Part shown: one piece after another, positions 27,114 through 32,000 of the stretch
Numbering within the stretch: the stretch's first letter is position 1
How the letters are laid out: every line of letters starts with the position of its first letter
Source of the DNA: Desulfobulbus propionicus DSM 2032
GTDB lineage: Bacteria > Desulfobacterota > Desulfobulbia > Desulfobulbales > Desulfobulbaceae
Assembly: GCF_000186885.1 (NCBI RefSeq)
Contig: NC_014972.1
Coordinates: 2,250,001 to 2,282,000, forward strand
DNA length: 32,000 nucleotides
Direction: 5' to 3'
Position numbers and translations under genes: made by a program
The notes under the pieces: model-generated
Database searches by the model: none
Told to the model about the DNA's origin: nothing
Seen by the model: only the letters and a program-made list of their open reading frames with translations

Positions 27114-28322
27114 ATGCGGCCCCTGGATGCCCTCGGTTTTGCCTGTGCCTCGCTGGGTTCCAACCGGGTGCGCACCCTGCTGATGCTGTTGGCGATGAGT
27201 ATCGGCGTGGCCGCAGTGGTCCTGCTCACCGGCATCGGCAACGGCGCCCGACTCTACATTGTCAACCAGTTCGCCTCCTTGGGCACCAACCTGGTGATCG
27301 TCATTCCCGGCCGAACCGAAACCGCGGCCAACACCCCGGCCGCCCTGGTGGGCGAGACCCCGCGCGACCTCACCCTGGCCGATGCCCGGGCCCTGGCCCG
27401 TGGTGACGCGGTGAAGCGCCTGACCCCGATCAACATCGGCGAGATGAACATCGGTTGGCGCGGCAAGGAGCGGCAGGTGCCGCTGGTCGGTTCCACCGCG
27501 CCCATCCTCGACATCCACCACCTCAAGCTCGATCGCGGCACCTTCCTCCCCGATGACGACATGGAACTGGCCCGGCCGGTGTGCGTCATCGGCGCCAAGG
27601 TCTACCGCGAGCTGTTCGGCCAGCAGAACGCGCTCGGCGAATTGGTGCGCCTCGGCGGCTTCCGCTGCCGGGTGATCGGCATCCTTGGTTCCGAGGGCCG
27701 TTCGCTCGGCCTGGACACCGAGGAGTTGGTGATCGTGCCGGTGGCCTTTGCCCAGATGCTGCTCAACACCGAAGGACTGTTCCGCATCCTCATCGAGGCC
27801 ACCGACCTCGGTGCCATCGACCGGCTCAAGACCCACATCACCACCACCATCGCCAAGCGCCACTACGGCGAGGAAGACGTGACCATCATCACCCAGGACT
27901 CGGTCCTGACCACCTTCGACAAGATCCTCCGGGTGCTGACCCTGACCGTGGCCGGGATTGCCGGCATCAGTCTGGTGGTGGCGGGCATCCTCATCATGAA
28001 CGTGATGCTCATGGCCGTGGCCCAGCGCACCGCCGAGATCGGCCTGTGCAAGGCTCTGGGCGCGGGCCAGCTGCAGGTCATGGCCCTGATCGTCACCGAG
28101 GCCCTGCTGCTCTCCACCATCGGCGGCCTGATCGGCCTGGGCCTTGGGTTTGGCGGCGCTTGGCTGGCGGTCCAATTCTACCCCACCCTGCAGACCACGC
28201 CGCCGCCCTGGGCCATCGGTGCCGCCCTGGGCACGGCGCTGGGCACCGGATTTATTTTTTCGCTGCTGCCCGCCCGCCGCGCGGCCCGACTCGATCCCAT
28301 CCAGGCCCTGGCCCGCCACTGA
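27114..28322 (+). CDS. MacB/FtsX-family ABC transporter permease, first copy
   Basis: 402 aa, MacB periplasmic core plus four-TM FtsX domain (AVAQRTAEIGLCKALGAGQLQVM...). Confidence 0.9.
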   Translation: MRPLDALGFACASLGSNRVRTLLMLLAMSIGVAAVVLLTGIGNGARLYIVNQFASLGTNLVIVIPGRTETAANTPAALVGETPRDLTLADARALARGDAVKRLTPINIGEMNIGWRGKERQVPLVGSTAPILDIHHLKLDRGTFLPDDDMELARPVCVIGAKVYRELFGQQNALGELVRLGGFRCRVIGILGSEGRSLGLDTEELVIVPVAFAQMLLNTEGLFRILIEATDLGAIDRLKTHITTTIAKRHYGEEDVTIITQDSVLTTFDKILRVLTLTVAGIAGISLVVAGILIMNVMLMAVAQRTAEIGLCKALGAGQLQVMALIVTEALLLSTIGGLIGLGLGFGGAWLAVQFYPTLQTTPPPWAIGAALGTALGTGFIFSLLPARRAARLDPIQALARH

Positions 28323-28328
28323 CGCCCC

Positions 28329-29528
28329 ATGGATTTTTTCGACCAGCTCCAGTTCATCACCACTTCCATCCGGGCCAAGCGGTTGCACTCCTTTCTCACC
28401 GGCCTGGGCATCGCGGTGGGCATCGCCGCGGTCATTCTGCTGACCTCCATGGGCGAGGGCTTGCAGCGGTTCGTGCTCGCCGAGTTCACCCAGTTCGGCA
28501 CCAACCTGATCGCCATCAATCCGGGCAAGGTGACCACCATGGGCACTTCGCTGGGGGTGATCGGTTCGGAACGATTGCTCACCCTGGAGGATGCCGACGC
28601 CCTGCGCGGGCTGCCCGGCATCGAGGCTGCCGTACCCATGATCCAGGGCAACGCCGAGGTCAAGGCTGGCAACCGAACCCGGCGAATCACCCTCTACGGC
28701 GTTGGCCCGGAAATGGACCGGGCCTTTCGCATGCGGGTGCAGAGCGGCCGTTTCCTGCCGCCCGACGATGCCCGCACCGCCCGCGCCTTTGTCGTCCTGG
28801 GCCACAAGGTACGGCAGGAACTGTTCCCGGATCGCAATCCGCTTGGCGAACGGGTGCAGATCGGCAACCAGCCGGCGCGGGTGATCGGGGTGATGGAATC
28901 CAAGGGCCAGATCCTCGGCTTTGACATGGACGACACCCTCTACCTCCCGGCGGTGCGCGCCTTGGATCTGTTCAACCGTGACGGTCTGATGGAGATCGAC
29001 ATCCTCTACCGCGAGGGAGCCGAGGCCAGCGAGGTCGTGGCGGCGATCAAACGGCTGCTCCTGGCCCGCCATGGCCAAGAGGACTTCACCATCACCACCC
29101 AGCAGCAGATGCTCGACGTACTTGGCTCGGTGCTGGGCATGCTGACCGTGGCGGTCGGCGCCTTGGGCGGCATTTCGCTGTTGGTGGGCAGTGTCGGCAT
29201 TTTCACCGTCATGACCATCGCCGTTCGCGAACGCACCGGCGAGATTGGCCTGCTGCGGGCCATCGGCGCCACCAAAGCCCAGATCCTGCTCTTCTTTCTC
29301 TTTGAGGGCACCCTGCTCTCCGCCCTGGGCGGCGCGGCCGGACTGGGGGCGGGCTTTGTCTGCGCCACCTTGATTCACTTTTTCGTGCCGCTCCTGCCGG
29401 TGCACACCCCCTGGACCTTCATCGTCCTCGCCGAACTGGTGGCCCTGGCCATCGGCATCCTCGCCTCGATCCTGCCCGCCCGTCAGGCGGCCCGGCTCAA
29501 TCCCCTGGAGGCCTTGCGCTCGGAATAG
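28329..29528 (+). CDS. MacB/FtsX-family ABC transporter permease, second copy
   Basis: 399 aa, FTITTQQQMLDVLGSVLGML, VRERTGEIGLLRAIGATKAQILLFFLFEGTLLSALGGAAG. Confidence 0.92.
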   Translation: MDFFDQLQFITTSIRAKRLHSFLTGLGIAVGIAAVILLTSMGEGLQRFVLAEFTQFGTNLIAINPGKVTTMGTSLGVIGSERLLTLEDADALRGLPGIEAAVPMIQGNAEVKAGNRTRRITLYGVGPEMDRAFRMRVQSGRFLPPDDARTARAFVVLGHKVRQELFPDRNPLGERVQIGNQPARVIGVMESKGQILGFDMDDTLYLPAVRALDLFNRDGLMEIDILYREGAEASEVVAAIKRLLLARHGQEDFTITTQQQMLDVLGSVLGMLTVAVGALGGISLLVGSVGIFTVMTIAVRERTGEIGLLRAIGATKAQILLFFLFEGTLLSALGGAAGLGAGFVCATLIHFFVPLLPVHTPWTFIVLAELVALAIGILASILPARQAARLNPLEALRSE

Positions 29529-29642
29529 CAGCCCCACATCGCCAAGCACTTTTTTCCTTTCCTTTTGGCGCCGATCTCTGCACAATGGCTCAGGAAACGG
29601 ACCCGCAGCCATTGACCATCGCTGGCTGTCTCATCATCACCC

Positions 29643-30038
29643 ATGGAGCAAAACATGTTACGAGATTTAGCCCTGGCCGCCAAGGCGGCCTGCAGCAAGG
29701 AAGATCAGGAAAGCCTGGTGCCGCTGGTACAGCAGTTGCGCGATCTGGGAGAAGTAGCCTTCAAACGGGGCCTGCTCGCCCTGGAAGGCGAACTGATGCA
29801 GATCAAGGACCCCTTTCTTAAACTGGGCATCCAGCTGATCGTCGACAAGACCGAGCCGGAAAACGTCCAGGACATTCTCGATTCGGACATTTATTACAAC
29901 GAATCCAATGGTCGCGAACTGTTGAAAAAAATCATCATCCGCGAGGGGCTGCTCCGTATCCAGGCCGGTGACAACGCCCGCAACATCCTTATCTGCACCA
30001 AGATCTTTCTCGGCAAGGTCGAGCCGGGCGTGTGGTGA
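29643..30038 (+). CDS. Small soluble protein resembling the MotA cytoplasmic-loop region, no TM segments
   Basis: FKRGLLALEGELMQIKDPFLKLGIQLIVDKTEPENVQDILDSDI resembles the MotA/PomA pattern GLLALEEEAEEIKDPFLKKGLQLVVDGTDPELVRDILETEI. Confidence 0.6.
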   Translation: MEQNMLRDLALAAKAACSKEDQESLVPLVQQLRDLGEVAFKRGLLALEGELMQIKDPFLKLGIQLIVDKTEPENVQDILDSDIYYNESNGRELLKKIIIREGLLRIQAGDNARNILICTKIFLGKVEPGVW

Positions 30039-30156
30039 GGGAATAAAGAAGGGGTTAGGGAATCTTTCGTCAGGTTGGCGAAGCGGCCAAGTCCTGACCA
30101 GAGGAGAGATCGCAACCGCCGGTCGCAATGCACAACGACCCGCACCAGGAGGCCCG

Positions 30157-30411
30157 ATGTCGGATTCAAACAACACGAAATTCATCGACCTGCCCCGTGA
30201 ACAACAGCTGGCCGAAGTGCACAGCCGCTTCCAATATCGAGAAGGATCGGGCTGGTACACCGGCGAGGGCGTCTTTGCCGGCAGGGACGAGGCCGATGTC
30301 ATCGCCGCCCTGATCGATCTTGAGGACGCGGAGATCAATGCCGTGGGCGACTGCATGACCGGTTATTGCCCTCTGCAGCCGAAATTGGAGGATTTCGTCC
30401 GCAAACCGTGA
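30157..30411 (+). CDS. Hypothetical 84-aa protein
   Basis: MSDSNNTKFIDLPREQQLAEVHSRFQYREGSGWYTGEGVFAGRDEADVIAALIDLEDAEINAVGDCMTGYCPLQPKLEDFVRKP, with CAGGAGG SD 5-11 nt upstream. Confidence 0.6.
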   Translation: MSDSNNTKFIDLPREQQLAEVHSRFQYREGSGWYTGEGVFAGRDEADVIAALIDLEDAEINAVGDCMTGYCPLQPKLEDFVRKP

Positions 30412-30720
30412 CGGGGATGCGCTGCAAGGCGCGAAGGAGGCCGGTTCATCGCCTGACCTCCTATTCCTAGCAAGAAATCCTTGACGTTACAGAATAGCCG
30501 TTTGCTTATTGGCCAAGCTGGTCATAGGGCGAACAGCATGACACGACTTGGGCAGCATCGTATCCCGTGCACACGGAAGGGTGAGCGTCTTTTGACGACG
30601 TCTTCTTCAAGAGAAGGATCATTCAAAAATAAAAACAACCTATTAATTGCCTAACTAAGTTGCTTATCAATATTATTGTGTGGTCAATATTCTAAAAATT
30701 CGAACAGGCGAAGGGTGATC

Positions 30721-31239
30721 ATGAAAAAACACAATACGGTTAACATGCTTCTCACGAGTTACCTCCTTTTCCTTTTTCCATGTTGTGTTGTCGCGAGTGA
30801 GCATAAACAAAACGAAACCAGGCATTTCGACCCTGTAACCAACGGAATTTTTAAGCAAACCTGCGGAGCATGCCATTTTGCTTATCAGCCAGGCCTGCTT
30901 CCTTCAGGGTCATGGGAAAAAATTCTTTCCAATCTGCCCTCTCATTTCGGTGAAGAAATCACTTTAGAGGAAAAATCAAAAAACCTTATCAATGAATATG
31001 TGCGAGCAAACTCTGCTGAATACTCATCGGCTAAAAGAGCAAAAAAAATCTTAAAAAGTCTAGCGGGCCAAACACCGTTACGGATTACAGAAATACCGTA
31101 TATCCGTGAAAAACATCGCGAACTGGATGCAAACATTTTTAGTAAACCATCAATTGGTTCCCGTTCCAATTGCATAGCCTGTCATTCTGCCGCTGAGCAA
31201 GGCAACTACGATGATGATTTCGTGAAAATTCCAAACTAA
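30721..31239 (+). CDS. Diheme cytochrome c (DHC-like), periplasmic
   Basis: Signal peptide MKKHNTVNMLLTSYLLFLFPCCVVASE, with heme motifs CGACH and CIACH. Confidence 0.82.
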   Translation: MKKHNTVNMLLTSYLLFLFPCCVVASEHKQNETRHFDPVTNGIFKQTCGACHFAYQPGLLPSGSWEKILSNLPSHFGEEITLEEKSKNLINEYVRANSAEYSSAKRAKKILKSLAGQTPLRITEIPYIREKHRELDANIFSKPSIGSRSNCIACHSAAEQGNYDDDFVKIPN

Positions 31240-31255
31240 TTCTTTTGTTACGATT

Positions 31256-31303
31256 GTTCCCACGCTTTTGCGTGAGAATACAGCACTGGACGCTCCTGCG
31301 TTC
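31256..31303 (+). repeat. Paired short hairpins resembling a REP/BIME-type intergenic repeat
   Basis: TTCCCACGC-TTTT-GCGTGAGAA (31257-31278, 8/9 paired) followed by GGACGC-TCCT-GCGTTC (31288-31303). Only one copy in the window. Confidence 0.4.
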
Positions 31304-31394
31304 CGTCCCGTTTGGTTGATCGACCGGGTAGGGTGCAGGGGAAGGGGTGATTTCAAGTCCAAACAGGAGCAACTGCTTTTCAACCGAGTTTACC

Positions 31395-32000
31395 ATGGAC
31401 AACACCCGATACATCATCGCAGGCAGTTGCATCGATGGCTGGAGTGGTACGGTGCGCAAAGAAATCGTGCTTGCGCTCAAGGACGGGCGCATCACGGCGA
31501 TGGGCGAGCGCAGCGAATTGCCCCGTGATCCAGGGGCGACCGTCGATGACCTCTCCCATTGCACCATCGTGCCGCCGTTGATCGACTGCAGCGTTGCCCT
31601 GGCGCGGTCGCCCGCGATTGATCCGCGGCTACGGGCAGATATGGAGCAAGCCAACCCCGAACGGCAGGCCGCGTTGGTTAATCGGCACATCGGATATTGC
31701 CTGGCCCACGGTGTGCTGGGCGTGGTCGACAGTAACACCCCCGAGGCGTTGCTTGCCCGGTATCGCGGTACAACAGCGCCGGAACAGGCCCTGTCCATTT
31801 GCTCAGCCGGTTGTATCGGCATCGAGAAGGGCCAAGGTGCGACACCCAGGACGCTTGGCCCTCCTATCCACAGAATCGGATACTCCAACGATATCGAACA
31901 GACCGGAATTTCCGAACCGAACTTGGGCGGCGACGCACTGCGCCACCTGTTGGCACAATCCGGGAGTGGCAGGAAGGTGGTGGTCGCCAATGGGCCTCAG
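31395..32000 (+). CDS. Amidohydrolase-like protein, N-terminal portion (runs off the window; absent from the ORF track)
   Basis: Open frame from the ATG at 31395 to the window end: MDNTRYIIAGSCIDGWSGTVRKEIVLALKDGRITAMGERSELPRD...TIVPPLIDCSVALARSPAIDPRLRADMEQANPERQAALVNRHIGYCLAHGVLGVVDSN, a metal-dependent hydrolase-type N-terminal beta sandwich and first barrel strand. Confidence 0.65.
   Translation, partial: MDNTRYIIAGSCIDGWSGTVRKEIVLALKDGRITAMGERSELPRDPGATVDDLSHCTIVPPLIDCSVALARSPAIDPRLRADMEQANPERQAALVNRHIGYCLAHGVLGVVDSNTPEALLARYRGTTAPEQALSICSAGCIGIEKGQGATPRTLGPPIHRIGYSNDIEQTGISEPNLGGDALRHLLAQSGSGRKVVVANGPQ

Noticed and set aside
27581-28924. 447-aa plus-strand ORF in an alternative frame
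   Set aside because: Overlaps both FtsX permeases in another frame with His/Arg/Pro/Gly-rich composition; out-of-frame artefact.
26241-29612. 1123-aa minus-strand ORF
   Set aside because: Antisense shadow of the MacB-like ATPase and permease genes; low-complexity GDG/AHR-type composition.

Overview
This 32 kb window looks like an ordinary chromosomal segment of a sulfate-reducing Desulfobacterota (Desulfobulbales-like) genome; the taxonomy is inferred from gene content only. I see no CRISPR array, rRNA, tRNA, recognisable prophage or IS transposase. From left to right it contains: (1) ResB C-terminus, CcsB and a tetraheme class III-type cytochrome; (2) a long minus-strand housekeeping block, purA / rpoZ / dnaJ / moaC / dksA-like / galT / response regulator / FolE2-like / glyS; (3) nrfHA (ammonia-forming nitrite reductase), divergent from a YgbA_NO-family gene, with two near-identical palindromes 34 bp apart in the shared intergenic region; (4) tatB-tatC; (5) a four-gene minus-strand cluster of SPFH/zinc-ribbon protein, second zinc-ribbon protein, TadA/GuaD-like deaminase and radical SAM protein; (6) a eukaryotic-type 6-phosphofructo-2-kinase/fructose-2,6-bisphosphatase homologue beside pepN; (7) a GlsB/YeaQ small membrane protein preceded by a long nested hairpin; (8) a PG-binding plus GH46-like hydrolase; (9) a MacA-like adaptor, MacB-like ATPase and two MacB/FtsX permeases; (10) an orphan MotA-loop-like soluble protein; (11) an AT-rich islet with a diheme cytochrome and REP-like hairpins; (12) the start of an amidohydrolase-like ORF lacking the usual HxH motif. 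The best leads are the FolE2 homologue without its active-site loop, the paired palindromes at nrfHA/ygbA, the SPFH/zinc-ribbon/deaminase/radical-SAM cluster, the hairpins upstream of the GlsB-like gene and rpoZ, and the bacterial PFK-2/FBPase-2-like enzyme. None can be called a proven new system from sequence alone.
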